A stretch of 64,000 bases of DNA from Rebecca billardiae RCC1528 (taxonomy: Eukaryota > Protista > Haptophyta). Each line of letters starts with the position of its first letter. Within the stretch, counting starts at the first letter, position 1. The notes under the pieces were generated by a model that saw only the letters and a program-made list of their open reading frames with translations, did not search any database and was not told the DNA's origin. Position numbers and translations under genes: made by a program. The stretch lies in contig OZ251230.1 in the NCBI GenBank assembly GCA_965240325.2, positions 1,612,001 to 1,676,000 on the forward strand. The letters are read 5' to 3'. Below are positions 35,810-49,314 of the stretch, one piece after another.

Positions 35810-38800
35810 GCAGACGCGGTCCGATGAGCCATGATGGCCGCCGTTGAGCGCTCGCCCGTCAGCAGCCCGTGGCCCGCGTCGCGCGAGCCGCGGCGCGCGC
35901 GCGGCGAGGCGAGCGTGGACGCGCCCGCGCCCGCGAGGTACTGCTCGTCCTGCGAGCGCAGCGCGTGCACGAACGCGTCGGCGTGCGCGCCCATCGCACG
36001 CCGGAGGGAGTCGATCGATGCGGCGGCCGCGTACGGTGCCGGCCCGGTCGGTGGCGCGGGCGGGAAGTCCGGTGCGGCGTCCGGGCCGTGGGAGTCCGGC
36101 GGCGGGTGGTGGTGATGGTGCGGGGCGTGATGCGGCTCCACGGCGCCGGCCGCGTCCGAGCCCGCCGCCGCGCCGCCGCCGCCGACGCCGCCACTTGCGC
36201 CGCCATCGAGTGGCGCTTCAGCGCGCTCCGCCGAGGCCGCGGGCTCGGATGCGGCCGAGCGGCGGCGCGGCGCGGCCGCCGCGCTGCTGCCGGCAGCCGC
36301 GCCGGCGGCAGCGGAGGCCCCGGCCTCGGGCACCGAGGCAGCGGCGTCGGCATGTACGCTGCTCGAGCGCCGGCGCGCCGGCTCGCTGTTCGCCGCGCGC
36401 ACCCCGCTCGCAGCCGGCGTCGTCGCGTCCGCGTCCGCGTCCGCAACCGCTGCGAGGGTGACACGCCTGCGGGCGACCGCGGGCGGAGTCGACACATCCG
36501 TAGTGTCGTGGGCCGCCAAGGCCTCCGCGACCTCGCGGCTGCTCGTCGAGGCGTTCGAGACGCGCCCGCGTGGGTGCGCGTGCCCGCTGGCGCTGTGCGT
36601 GCTCGCGCGCGCGAGCGGGCCGCCACCGCCGCCCACCTCGTCGCCGGCCGCGCCGGCGGCGGCGGAGGCGGCGCCGCCGCCGAATCCGCCGCCGTGATGA
36701 GACTTGGAGTGCCGCGGGGGCGTGCCGGCGAAGGTGCCGTCGACGGTGGTCGAGACGGGCGAGACGCGGCCCGAGAGCAGCTGGCCCGTGTGCACCGGCG
36801 CGTACAGCCTCGGCAGCCCCGCCGCCCGCCCCACCACGTCCTCCCGGAACCGGCCGTCCGAGCGCAGCGCCTCGAGCGCCGCGCCCGACACCCACGCTCG
36901 ATCGTGCGAGCTCACGAGTCGGTCCCCGAACTCCCGCTCGCACTCGTGGCGCCAGAGCGCGAGGAGCGCGGCGGGGTCGGGCACGGTGGCGGGCTCAGCC
37001 ATGATCACGCCGGCGAGCACGCGCAGCAGCTCGCGCTGCGACAGCCGGTAGTGCGCGAACACGGGCGTCGGCGCGTACCGCTCCGAGAAGCGCTGCCACA
37101 ACGCGAGCGTCGCTGGCACGAGCCTTGCCGCTGAGTCGGCGAGCTGGCGGGCCGGCTTGGAGAGGGGCTCGCCGCCGGGGCCGCGCGCGGGGAAGCGCGC
37201 GCGGAGGAGCGCGCCGAAGACGCGCTCGAGCGACGCGCGCGACGGCGCGGGCACGAGCAGCGCGACGAAGCGCGCGCGGAGCCTCTCAGGCACGTCGACA
37301 GACCGCGCGGCGGCGGCGGCGGCCGCGCCGTCTGTCGCCGCGCCCGGCGCCTCGGCGCCGCGCGCCGTCGCCGTCGCGGCGAAGAGCAAGTCGACGACGC
37401 CCTTGGTCTCGCCGACGCGCGCGGGGTTGGGCACGGTGTGCGTCGAGGCGAGCTGGCGCACGAGCTCGAGCGTCGGCCTGTCGCCCCACCCGTCCGCGCG
37501 CGGCGCGCCCAGCTCGTCGATGAAGAGCAGCATGGACTTGCCGAGCGGAGGCCCGTACGTGCGCCCCTGCCGTTTCTCAAGGAGGCCCTCTAGCGAGCTG
37601 AGGAGCGAGGCGGGCGTGGTGGAGGCGGCGAGCGCGAGGCGGCGGCCGACGCAGGCGGACGCGTCGAGGCGCGAGAGCACCTGCAGCGCCGCCGCGCGCT
37701 TGCCCACGCCCTCGCCGCCGAGCAGCAGCACGTGCCGCCCGCCGGCGAGGGCCGACTCCATGAGGGCCTGAGTCCGCACCGCGTCGACAGTTGGCACGTG
37801 CACGGTCGGGATGAGCGCGGTGAGCTGCGCGGCGGAGGCGGAGGTGCCGCCGCTCGCGCCGGGGGGCGGCTGCCACTCGGGCACGCGCGCCGACCACGGC
37901 TCCCAACGCCCGCCCTCGCCAACGAAGTAGTCGAAGATCGTCGGCAGCTGCTGGCTGTCGACGCCGGCGCCGGCGCCGGCGCCGCCCGCGCCGCCGCCGC
38001 CGCCGCCGCCCGCGGGCTGCGGCGGCATGACGGACTTGCGGATGGCGCGCAGCGCGGCGTCGAGGCGCGCGCGCTCGTGCGCCTCGAGCGTCCCGCCGAT
38101 CGCCCACGCCGCGCAGAACACGAGCACGCGCTCCATCACCTGGCTCTCGGGCGGGTCATCGGCGGCGCCGCCGCCGCTCGCCGCCGCGGCGGAGGCCGCG
38201 CGCTGCGTCGCCGACAGCAGAACTCCGAGGAGTGACAGCAGAGAGGCGACGGCGGTGTTGGGGCTGACGCGCACGACGGGCGCGCACTCGCGCTCGACGA
38301 GCGAGAGCAGCGGCGGCACGTACCGCTCGAGCGCCGCGCGGAGCAGCGTGCCCTCCGCCTCGCGCCTCCGGCCGAGCCACGCCTGCGCGAGCGCGCGCCA
38401 CCCCAGATCAGATCCGGCGAGATGAACGATCGCGGCGCGCGAGACTGTGGAGGGCGCGGCGTGGCTGAGCGCGTCGACCTCGAAGGCGAGGGTGACGTTC
38501 GGGCGGAGCATGGGCAGCCGGTCCGCGTTGGGCAGCGTGAGCACCCTGTTCTCGTCCATCACCGAGTGGATGCTCTCCACCCAGTCCGGGTCAATCGGAC
38601 CATCCAGCACCACCCAGCTGAAATGGCGGGTGTCGCGGTTCGCGCGGCGCCAGAGCGCGGTGAACACGCCGTCCACCCAGCCCTGGCCCGAGGCGGCGTC
38701 GGCGGAGCCGAAGAGCTCGGTCGTGGAGAGCGCCTTCGCGAAGATCCGGTGCTCGCGGTGCGGCTTGCCCAGCGGCGGCGCGAGCGGGCTGCCGCCGCTG

Positions 38801-39249
38801 CCGCCACCCTTGGCACCGCCGCCGCTGCCGCCGCCGCCGCCGCTTCCGCCGCCGCCGCCGCCGCTCGCGCCGCCGGGCGGCGCGTCGTCCTCCTGCGGGC
38901 CGAGCGCCTCGAGCGCGGCGTGCAGCGTGCGCAGCAGGCACGTCTTGCCCGCGCCCGCCGGGCCGACGAGCATCAGCGCGTGCCGCGAGACCGAGGCCTG
39001 ATACAGCTGCACCGCGCGGGCGACCCACGGCGGCGGCGAATGGAGTCGCGCCGCGCCCGCCGCGTCGCGCACTGCGGCCGCGATCAGGTCGGCGTCGGCG
39101 CGGGCGGGGCGGAGCGAGGCGCCGGGGAACGCGTCGCCCACGATCGCCGCGAGCGCCGCCACGCCGTCCGCGCCGAGCGGCGCGCCGAGCGTGTCCAGCA
39201 GCGCGCGCGCCACCACCGACGGCTCATCGACGCGAGCCTGCCCGTGCGA

Positions 39250-39339
<90 letters not shown>

Positions 39340-41603
39340 GCTGCCCGAAATGCTGTGCACGACGCCGTCCGCAGCGGAGGCGGTGGCCGCGGCGGCGGCG
39401 GCCTCGACCGCGCGTCGGCGCGCGCCGATCGCCGCGCCGAGCACCGCCATCGTCGCGCGCAGCCCGTAGTCCGCCGCCGCCGTCGCCGCGAGCGTCGCCG
39501 CGCACTGACCGAGCACAGTCTCGACTTTTCGAGCGAGCGGTGCCGCGTGCGCAAACCCGACCGCCGCCAGCCGGACCCGGACTATCTGGTGCACGCTGGG
39601 GCGGGACATGGCGACCGGGCGCAGCAGCACGGAGAAGTTGGGCGGGAGCACGCGCGCGTGCGAGCCGCCCGGCCGCGCGGCGAGCGTCGCGCAGATCCCC
39701 ACGTCCGCGCGCCGGATCGAAATGAGCTGCCCGTCAGCAAATTGAAAATGCGACGGGGCGCTCGGCCTCCCTGCGGCCGCGTGCACGCGCATCGCGTCGA
39801 GGACGGCGGCGAGGTACACGCCGATCGAGGAGAGGAGCGCGGGGCGCAGCCGGTCGAGCTCGTCGAGGCAGCTGCGCGGCGACGCCGGCAGCAGGCAGCC
39901 GGCAGCGGGCGCGCGCGCGCGGCAGCAGAGGGCGCGTGAGCGCAGGCGGGCCCCGCGCGCGCGCTCGCGCGCGCGCGCCGCACGGATTGGATCGCAGCGC
40001 GCTGCGCGCGCGGGAGGGGGCAAGGTGTTGGCGCGCGCGCGCGGCGGCGGTGCGCGCACCCCCAGCAGCCCGACTGCGCGAGCGCCTTCAGCGTCGCGCC
40101 CACCGCGCGCTGGTCGAAGTCCGCCGAGCAGTTGGTGACGACCACGTGCTGCCCCAGCGATGCGCCTAGCTCCACGATGGTCTGCGTCTTGCCGACACCC
40201 GCCGGCCCGCCGAGCACGCCGCCGAGCTGGCGCGCGAGCGCCTGCGAGAGGGAGAGGAAGCAGCGCTCGGTGAGCGGCGTCATCACCAGCCGCGGCCGCG
40301 AGCCCAGGTACTCGTGCCCGTACTCCAGCTCCTCGTTGACGAGACACAGACTCAGGCCAGAGTCGATGGCAGGCAAGTCAGCTGTCGAGGCCGCGACGGC
40401 CGACGGCGCCGCGCCGCCGCCGCCGCCCGAGTACGCGCCCGCGCCCGCGCCGCCGCGCGCGTCGAACTTGGCGGGCGCGCGCCTCTCGCCGAGGGCGCCG
40501 CGCTCGGCGCCCGCTGCGATGCCGCCGCCGCCGTCGCCATCCGCGGCGCCGTCGACCGCCGCGCCGAGCCCACCGCCGAGCGCGTCCGCCGAAGCTCGCA
40601 TGCCCGCACCTCTGCGCGCGCCCGCGCGCAGCTGCGTGCGCAACTGGCGCGTCCAGTCCCACGAGCGCGGGTCGCGCACGCGCCGCCGCGCCAGGTCGTC
40701 CGCGATGTCGCGGTGGTTGAGCTCCGCCGCGGCCATCGACTCGAGCGCGACGCGCGCGCGCGCCACCGCCTGCGCATCCGCCTCCGCGCGCGCGGCCGCT
40801 CGCCTTTCTGCGTTCGGGAGCGCGCCCGGCCTCGCGAGCGCGCCGGTGCTGGCCGTGCCCACGCGCGAGGAGGCGAGGCTGGCGCCGTCGCCCAGCGAGG
40901 CGAACGAGCCCGCGGTCGGCGGCGGCTGCTGCCCGCCGCCGCCGTACGCCGCGCCGTACACGTTCGCTGTGTCGGCGTCGCTACTCGCGTCGTCCAGCCC
41001 GGGTCGTCCGCGCGCGCCCGCGCCGCCCGCGTCGGCGGGCATGCCGGCCTTGGCCGCGCGGAGCGCGCGTAGGATCTCCGCGTCCGAGGCGGCGCTCAGC
41101 GCGCCGAGCTCCGCGGCGCGCGCGCCCACCTCGCGCGCCAGCGCGCCGAGCAGCCCCCGCTCCGTGCGCGCGCGCGCCAGAGTAGACTCGGCCTTTGTCG
41201 TCCAGAGGTAGCCAAGGGCGAGCACACCCGCTTGCGCGGGGTAGCGGAGGGCGAGGGCGCTCATCGGCAGCCGGCCGTCGCCGAGCGCGAGCGCGTCGAC
41301 GCACGCGTCGTACGCGAACGCGGCCACCGCCGCCTGCGTCGCGTGCAGCAGCTGCCCCAGCCACTCCTCCGCCGGCGCTGCAGTCGAGACCGGCCGCAGA
41401 AGCCTCAGGTCTTCGCCCAGCGCCGAGCACACGCCGACGACCGTGTGCCCCGCGGCGCCGTGCGGCGCGGCGGAGCCGCCGAGGGCGACCGAGCCGCCGC
41501 CGCTCACCGCGCCAGCGCCCACGCCGCTGCTGCCGCCCGTCGCGCCCGCGAGCGTGCCGGCGCTGCCGGGCGCGGGCGCCACGCCGCCGAGCACGCTGCC
41601 CGG

Positions 41604-41646
<43 letters not shown>

Positions 41647-44600
41647 ACGCTGCTGCCGCCGCCCAGCTCCGCCTCGTGCGCGCCGTGCGTGAGCAGCTTG
41701 GCGACGGCGGAGAAGAGGCTGGGCAGGTGCGGCTGCAGCGCGTGCGGGCTCGCGCCGTTGCTCAGGATCTCCAGCAGCACCGAGTTGCTCACGAAGCCGA
41801 AGCGCGGGAACGCCGCGCGCTTGTGCGTCAAGAATCCCGAGAGCGCGTGCTCGCACAGCTCGAGCTGCTCGCGCAGGTGCGGCAGCAGCTCGGCGAGCGA
41901 GTCGTTGGCGTGGCAGAAGGCGAGCACGCCGCGCACCTCGAACGCCTTGCCCATCAGCTTCTCCCACGCACGGTCGATGTTCGCAAAGCGCTTGCTCTCC
42001 TGCGGCAGCTGCTTGGCGATCTCGCCCGACGAGAAGACAGACTCGAGATGCAGCCACGCCGCCTGCACCCTCGACCACGTCTCCAGCACCTCCGCGACGG
42101 CGGAGAGGGTGTTGATCAGCGCGGTGACGTCGTCGCGGAAGGGCTCGATGTACCGCGAGAGCAGCATCGCGCCGAGCGCGAGCTGCGCCTCCTCCAGCCG
42201 CGCGATCAGCTCGGCGGTCTCGGCAGCCTTGAGCAGAATTGGCCCGCGCCCCTTGAACGGCGCGATCGCCAGCTGCGCGTCTGCCCACTCGGCGCCGACG
42301 GCGTGGAGGCGCTCCTCGAGGCGCGCCTCGCGCGCGGCGGCGTGCGCGACCGCGCGCACCTCCTCGCGGAACCCGAGCACGTCCGCGTCGATCAGCTGCG
42401 CCAGCGTGAAGCTGTACGAGTGCACGTTGATGTGCGTCCCGCTCAGCGCCTGCAGCTGCTCCCAGTGCCGCGGCCGCATCGCCGGCGCGACGAGGAGCTG
42501 GAGGAGCGGGAGGAGCTCGGTGAGCTCGTCGACCATGCGGCGCAGGTCGGCGTACGCGTCCCACTCGCGCAGCGCCACCGGCATCTGCCGGCACTCCGCC
42601 TCGAACCGCCTCGCCTTCGACTCCATCTCGGGCACCGCCGCGCCCACCTCCGCCCACGGCAAGTCGTGGAACTCCCGCAGCGCGCCCAGCACCGAGGTGT
42701 ACAGCGAGTAGAGGCGGTCGAGCAGGTCGAGCTGCTCCTTGGTCGCGGCGAGCTCGGGGTAGTGCGTCTCCTCCAGCCCGAACAGCCGCTCCCCCGCGCG
42801 GTACTGCGTCCACTTGCGCTCGAGCAGCGCGTACCGCCGCCTGTACACACCGAGCCTATCGACTGCGTCCAGCGGGCGCAGCCCCGGCGCCACCGGGCCC
42901 GACGACTCGAAGGCGGCGCGGAAGGTGCGCACGTCCTCGCGGAAGGCGACGACGTCGTTGAGCAGCTCGTGCTTGAACGCGCCCTGCTTCTCCGAGAGCG
43001 CCTCCGACACCTCGTGCGCCGTCGCGAGCATCTTCCGCCACAGGTACCGCAGCTCGTCCTTGGCAGCATACTCCTCGCGGTCGAGCGAGACGCCATGCTC
43101 GGACAGCGACGCGTACATGGCCTCGACGGGGCCGAGGTAGTGGTCGACGGAGGACTCGCGCGCGCGCACCTCGCGCAGCACCTCGATCACCGCGCGCACG
43201 TCGTCGAGCTCGCGCAGCTCGCGCCCCAGCTGCCGCTGCATTCCCACCACCCAGCCCGAGACCTCGTCGAGCGCCGCGCGCGCGGACGCGTGCAGTGTGT
43301 CTGCGTACTGCGCACGCCACTGGCGCACGAGCAGCCGGAGGGTGGCCTTGATCGGCCCGGTGTCGAGCGCGAGCACGCCGATCACGTGCATCGGCGGGAT
43401 CCGCGACACCTCGCGCTCGAGCTCGAGGTAGTACCGAAGCGCGCTCTCATAGGCCTCCAGCCCAGGCTTTGTGGCCTGGAACCGAGCGTACGCGGCGGCG
43501 CGGTCCGACGTCCACAGCCACGCGTACTGGTCGAAGGTGGCGGTGAACTCGGCGATCTTGCGCCGCACGCCCTGCAGCGCGCCGGTGAGCTGGATCGCCG
43601 TGATCGTGATCTCCTTGTCCGCCGCGAGCGCCTCGAACGTCCCCGCCGACTCTGAGCCGGCGCGCGCTCCGGGCACAGGCAGGCCTCGCGCGCACGCGAT
43701 CACGGAGCGTGCGCATCGGTTCACGCCGAGCTGCACCTCGTCGATCGAGGGCGAGAGCATGATGGTCGAGGTGGCAAGCTCGACCGAGACGTCGAAGAGC
43801 GGCCGCTCGAGCAGCACGAAGCCGCGCACGGACGCCTGCGCGCGCGCGGCGCGGCGAGCGCGCGCGTGAGCGCGCGCGCGCGCAGGCCGCCCGTCGGTCG
43901 CAGCGCAGCGCCAGCCACGCGCGATGCCGCGCGGCGCGTGGGCGCGGCCGAGCGGCCGACGGGCGCACACGCCCTGCGAGGGTCTGCGCGCGTGCTCGCG
44001 CGCGCGCACGCCGCGCGCGCGACGGCGCAAGCCCGCACCTTCACCCGGTCGTGCAGCACTCTGAGGGACGAGCGCGCCGCCTTCAGCAGCGCGCGGTAAG
44101 TAAGCCGCGAGTAGCTGCCGCGCAGCTCGGCCGCGTGCGCCGGGTCGACGCGGTGCGGCGTGAGCTCGAGCGGCCACTCGGCGGCGAGCTCGAGCAGGTC
44201 GCCCACCGCGCCGTCCACCTCCGTCGCGCGCTTCGCCATCACCGCCTGCGCCTCGCGCGAGTGCTTCTCCTGCGCGGCGAGCAGGCGGTCCATCGTCAGC
44301 CGTCCCTCCGTGGGAAGCGCGACGAGCAGCGTGCGCGAGAGGCCGCGCAGGTTGCGCTCGATCCGGTTGTCCATGATGTCCTTCATCTTGACGCAGAGCT
44401 CGTCGAACCGGTCGAGCGCCGAGAGCACCGACGCGATGTACGCGTCGATCGAGAGCGACATCCACGAGATGTGCACGCAGCCGGGCAGCAACCTCCGCTC
44501 AAGCTCGTCGATGTGCGGCCGGAGCAGCTGCGCGGCGACCGGCATGACGCGGCCGAGCGCGTGCTCGTGGCGCGAGAGCACGAACTGGAGCGCGGCGTAG

Positions 44601-47600
44601 TACGCCTTGAGCTTCTTCTCCTGCGCGAGCACGCCGCGCGCCGCCTCCGGGATCTCGAGCCCGAGCCGCTGCAGCCCGCGCGCCTCGCGCACGAGGAGAA
44701 AGATCTGCCGGTCGAGATTCACGACGAGCTTGGACGAGTCCGGGTGGCGGACGAGGAGCGTGGCGCCGAGGCCCTCGGCCGAGCGCTCGACCGCGGAGCA
44801 CCACGCGACGTGCCACAGCGTCTCAAACTCGATGATCGTCCGCGCGATCTTGTTGTACGAGCGCACGATCTTGCGCGCCTCCTTGGTCGCCATCAGCCGG
44901 CCGTGGCGCGAGAACTTCTTCATGGGCTCTTCGACGCGCCGCAGGAGCTGGCGCGCCCACGCAATGTTGCCCGCGGTGGGCGCGGCGTCGCGCTCGAGCG
45001 GCGGCGAGCCCTTGTCCCGCTCGTACGTCATCTGCACCACCTCCAGGTCGAGCCCGTAGTTGTGGAACACCACCATCAGCTTCGAGTCGAGGTCGTCGCG
45101 CAGCCGCTCCCGCTCGAGCACGAGGTGGAACTGCCGGAGCAGCGCGAGCGCTTGCTCCGTGGAGGAGAGCGACTCGAACGCCTGGTTGATGAAGCCCTGC
45201 AGCACCATCTCGAGCTCGTTGATCTTGGAGGTGAAGTCGAGGAAGTCCCGGTCGAACTGCGAGTGCCCGTAGTCGAGCGGGTCGTACGGCCGCGAGCGCA
45301 CGTAAGCGTACAACACTCGGAAGCCCTCCATCAGTGCGTCCATCCCCTCGACGCGGTGGCGCTCGAGCTTCGAGAACTGGTCGATCGTGCGGATCATCTC
45401 GATGAGCTTCTCCGCGCGGCGGCAGAAGAGGTCGAGCCGGCCGAAGATCCGCCCCTCGTCGAAGTCGAACTGCCGCCCCTCCGGGTTGGACGCGAGCAGC
45501 GCGTCGCGCGTCGCGCGGTAGTGCTCCGCGTACGCATCGGACACGTCGATGCACTCGCGCAGACGCTCGGCGGTCGCGCGCAGGTCGGACTGCCAGACGG
45601 GGCCACCCTGCCGGACGTACGAGACGCAGTTGGCGACGACGGCGTTGGACACCTTGCGCAGCAGCGTGCTCATCCGCTCCGCCGTGTTGTAGTGCCGCGA
45701 GATCGTGTGGATCATCCGCAGCGTCGCGAGCAGACCCGGCAGCGCCCCGAGCACCTCTCTCGGCGAGCCGCGCTCGATGGGCTCCAAGTGCTGCTCGAGC
45801 GTGGAGAGGTACTTGGCGTTGTCCTTCGCCTCGTTGGCCGCGTCGGTGATCGAGGCGTCGAGCGCGCGCCAGCGGCGCAGCGCGCGCGAGCTTCCCGCCG
45901 ACAGCACGCCCACCACCACCCGGCAGTCCTCGCCGCGCATCTGCTCGACTAGCGAGTTGAACTTGGTCATGCGCGAGCGCCAGTAGGCGATCTCGGAGGC
46001 GGGAGATGCGTCGTCGGCGGGGTTCGGGAGCGGGCCGGCGGCGCCGCCGGGCTTGGGCGCGGCCGAGCCCGCCGCGCCGCCGAGCCCGCCGCCGGCCTTC
46101 TCCGCCGACGAGCCGCCGCCGCCCCCCGCGCCCTGCGCCACCACGCCGCCGCCGCCCGCCGCAACGGACAGCGAGTACTGCGCTTCGGCGAGCGCGACAT
46201 CGTCTGACAGCAGCGCCTCGATGCGCGCGCACCATCCCTCGAGCACGGCCTCGAAGCGCTCGACGAGCGTGTGGTTCGACGCGGCGGCCTCGTACCCCTG
46301 CGGGCTCGGCTCGATCTCCGACTCGCGCACCAGCGCCGCGCTCAGCTCGACGCCGCCCTCCGCCGAGCGCGCCGCCTCGTCCAGCGCGGTCACAAACTTA
46401 GCGACTGAGCTCAGAAGATCGCGCCGCGCCTGAGCCGTCTCCGCTGAGAGCGGGGGCGGCTCGGGCTCGAGCGCGCGCGGCGCGAAGGAGTTGGCGCGGC
46501 TGGGCAGGCCAGCCACCGCGCCGCCCGCCACAGCCCCGCCCGTCCCCGTCGGCGCCGCGCCGCCCAGATCCGGCGGGCCGGCCGCGCCCTCGGCCGCCGT
46601 CGCGCCGCCCGCCTCCTCCGTCGTGCCTAGCCGGAATGAATCTGCTTCGGTGCGCGCCTCGCCGTCGATCTGGGTGCCGGGCGAGCCGGAGCGCGCGGCC
46701 GAGGCGCGGCTGCGCGAGCGCTGCAGCGGCTCGACCTCCGCCACCCCGCCCGGCGGCCCGGCGGGCGCGGGCGGCGCCGCGGGCGCGCCGCCAAGCTGCG
46801 GCGGCTGCGGCTGCGGCTGTGACGGCCGCTGCGCCGCCGACAGGTGTCGCCTCACCTCCGAGTGCAGGGCAGGGTGGTACACGTCTGCGGCGGCGCGGCG
46901 CGGCGCGCGGGGACGCGGGGATGCGCGCGCGCGCGAGGGGGGGCGACGAGCGCATCAGCTCCGCGCGCCGCGCGCGCGCACACGCACGCGGCCCCAACCG
47001 CGGCCGGCGCCGCCGCATCGCGCCGCGCCGCGCCGCGCGGCGCGCGCACTGGCAAGAACCCCGAGGAGCGATCCGAGCGCGTGCGCGTCGAGCGAGCCGA
47101 GGAAGACGCGGGTGTCGCCGCGCGCGTCGCCGAGGATGCGCTGCGTGTCGGTGCGGAACGCGTACGCCACGCGCCCCTCCACGCCCGCCAGCTCCTCGGC
47201 GCTCTCGCCGTCCGCGCACACGCACAGCTCGACCGCACCCCGCTCGGATCCAGCGATCAGCGTCACGCCCTCGCGCTCGCGCGGCGGCGTGGGCGGCGTG
47301 TCCGCGTCGGCTTCGAGCGCGTACTCGTCGGAGATGGCGATCGTGTCACCGACCGCGCCACCGTCCTCGGCAGCACCGGCGCCGACCTCCCCGGTCGCGC
47401 GCAGCGGCGGTGGCGCGCCGCCGGCATCGGAGAGGGCTGTTTCCATCGTGCTCACGAGCGAGCCGAGGGCGACGGCCGAGCCGTCGGCGGTGTCGCGCCG
47501 TCCGTCGCCGTCGGTGACGGATACGTCCATCTGCACGTCGTCGCCCGGAGCTTCGTCCACGTCGCGCGCGAGCGGGCCGGTCGCCTCGCGCACATAGCAG

Positions 47601-47815
47601 AGGAGCCGCACCGCGTGCCCCTCGAGGAACCGCGACACCGGCCGCGCGATGGTTGGGCGGACGAGCGCCGCGTCGAGCTGGTGAGCGGGCAGGCCGAATG
47701 TGAGCGAGAGGTGCCGCACAAGCCAGCGTGGGCGCGTCGCTTCGCGCGGGGGCGCGCGCTCGAGGCCTCCTCGCCTCGCCTCCTCCGTCACGGTCGGAGC
47801 CGTGGGCGACGCCAT
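27819..47815 (-). CDS. Axonemal dynein heavy chain, DNAH5/DNAH8 (outer-arm gamma)-like, multi-exon and highly divergent
   Basis: DHC_N1 (EIAYWRSRMTKFNSL...ITDAANEAKDNAKYL), linker (WLHLESVFSSGEIAKQLPQESKRF), AAA1 (EYGHEYLGSRPRLVMTPLTERC...GPAGVGKT), AAA2-4, stalk/MTBD, AAA5-6 (HPDFRLWLTTEP) and C-terminus (YECPLYR...KWVLRGVCLL). Spread over ORFs 46955-47815, 43721-46882, 39582-44465, 32128-40347 and smaller exons. Exact exon set and start not fully resolved. Confidence 0.88.
30408..30498. repeat. (GCAC)n tetranucleotide repeat in a dynein intron
   Basis: Directly visible, immediately before the acceptor of the VHPDFRLW exon. Confidence 0.9.
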
Positions 47816-47971
47816 TGGCCGGCTCCCAAGCTCCCTTGAAACGATACTGCGTCCGGGCGCGAGGCTGGCCAGGGTCGAGTCCGGTACGTTGACACAGACC
47901 TGCTTTATCCATGGCGGCGGCCCCCGACTGCTCGACGTGACTCAAGTGGGACAAGTGATTCGCTCGCGAGA

Positions 47972-49260
47972 ATGGCGCGCGTCGAGGGCTCGAGCTGCGT
48001 CCAGTACCGCTTCAAGTCGTCGAACGAGTTCGACACGCTCTGGTTCGACGGCGAGGGCATCTCGCTCAACGACCTCAAGGCGCGCATCCTCGACCAGAAG
48101 AAGATGGTCGCGGCCGGCCGTGGCGGCAAGACAAACGAGTTCGACCTCGCCATCGCGAACGCGCAGACGGGCGAAGGTGCGCGCGGCGCGCGGGCGCGGA
48201 TGGCCCAGCTCCTCCGCCCTCGTCGCCGCGCGATACCCTCCTCCGCCGCCGCCCACGCGCCCACGCGCACACGCGCCCGCGTGCCTGGTGGCGCGAGCAG
48301 AGTACTCCGACTACCACGTTCTCGTGCCGCGCAACACGGCGCTGATCGTCAAGCGCGTGCCGCTGCACCGCAAGCTGACGCTCACGAGTAAGCGCGGCAC
48401 GGTCGAGCTCGGGCTGCAGGGCGACGGTGCCGACGACGACGAGGACGCCGTGCGGGGGCTGCGCGCACCGGCCGCAGACGCGCCGGCATCAGACGAGGCC
48501 GCAGCGCCGGCCGCGGCGCCCAAGACGCTCACCGAGCTGCAGCCGGGCGTGGCGATGCTATTCTACTGCCCGCTGTGCGGCCAGCTGCTGCGCTCGGCAT
48601 CGATCGCCTCGTGCTGCGCCTCCACCTTCTGCGACGAGTGCATTCGGCAGCAGCTGGAGAGCGGTGGCGCGTGCCCATCCTGCGGCGTGCCCTCGGCCTC
48701 CATCGAGCTCGTGCCCAACGTGCAGATGCGCACGGTGCACGCCGCCGGTCGCACGCCGCGGGCCCGCGTCAGCCGGCAGCCCACGCCCGCCCTCCCTGCC
48801 TCCGCCTGCCGCCCGACCCACCCGGCGCGCCCCGCGCTCGCGCCCGTTCGCGCGCGCGCGCCCGGACGCGCTCGCGCAGGTTGTGGGCAAGCACGCAGAG
48901 CTGCACCCCGAGGAGCTGACGCCGCTGGTGAGCAGGAGCCTGGGCGGAACGGGGCCGTCGCTGGAGGACGCGGCGGAGGCCGCGATGCGCAGCATGATGC
49001 AAGCGCAGATGCAGCAGGAGGCTGGTGGCGCCACGTGGGGCGCGCTGCCGGGCATGCCGGGCCCTGGAGGCCGTGGAGGCGAGGCGGCCAACGGCGGCTC
49101 GGCGGAGCAGCAGGCGGCCATGCTGATGATGCAGCAGCAGTGGGCGATGATGGCGATGCAGGCGGGCATGATGCCTCAAGGCTTCATGGGCGCCGCGCCC
49201 GGGAGCATGGCGGCATCAAGCAACGCGCGCGGCGGTCGACGAGACAGGCGTTTCGCCTGA
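47972..49260 (+). CDS. DWNN + RING protein (RBBP6/Mpe1-like); exons 47972-48176, 48301-48734, 48880-49260
   Basis: DWNN: VQYRFKSSNEFDTLWFDGEGISLNDLK...FDLAIANAQTGE|EY...LVPRNTALIVKRVP. RING: CPLCGQLL...CCASTFCDECIR...CPSC. Two frame-consistent GT-AG introns. Confidence 0.85.
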
Positions 49261-49263
49261 TAA

Positions 49264-49266
<3 letters not shown>

Positions 49267-49311
<45 letters not shown>
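49267..49311. repeat. (TA)n microsatellite
   Basis: Directly visible after the stop codon. Confidence 0.95.
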
Positions 49312-49314
<3 letters not shown>

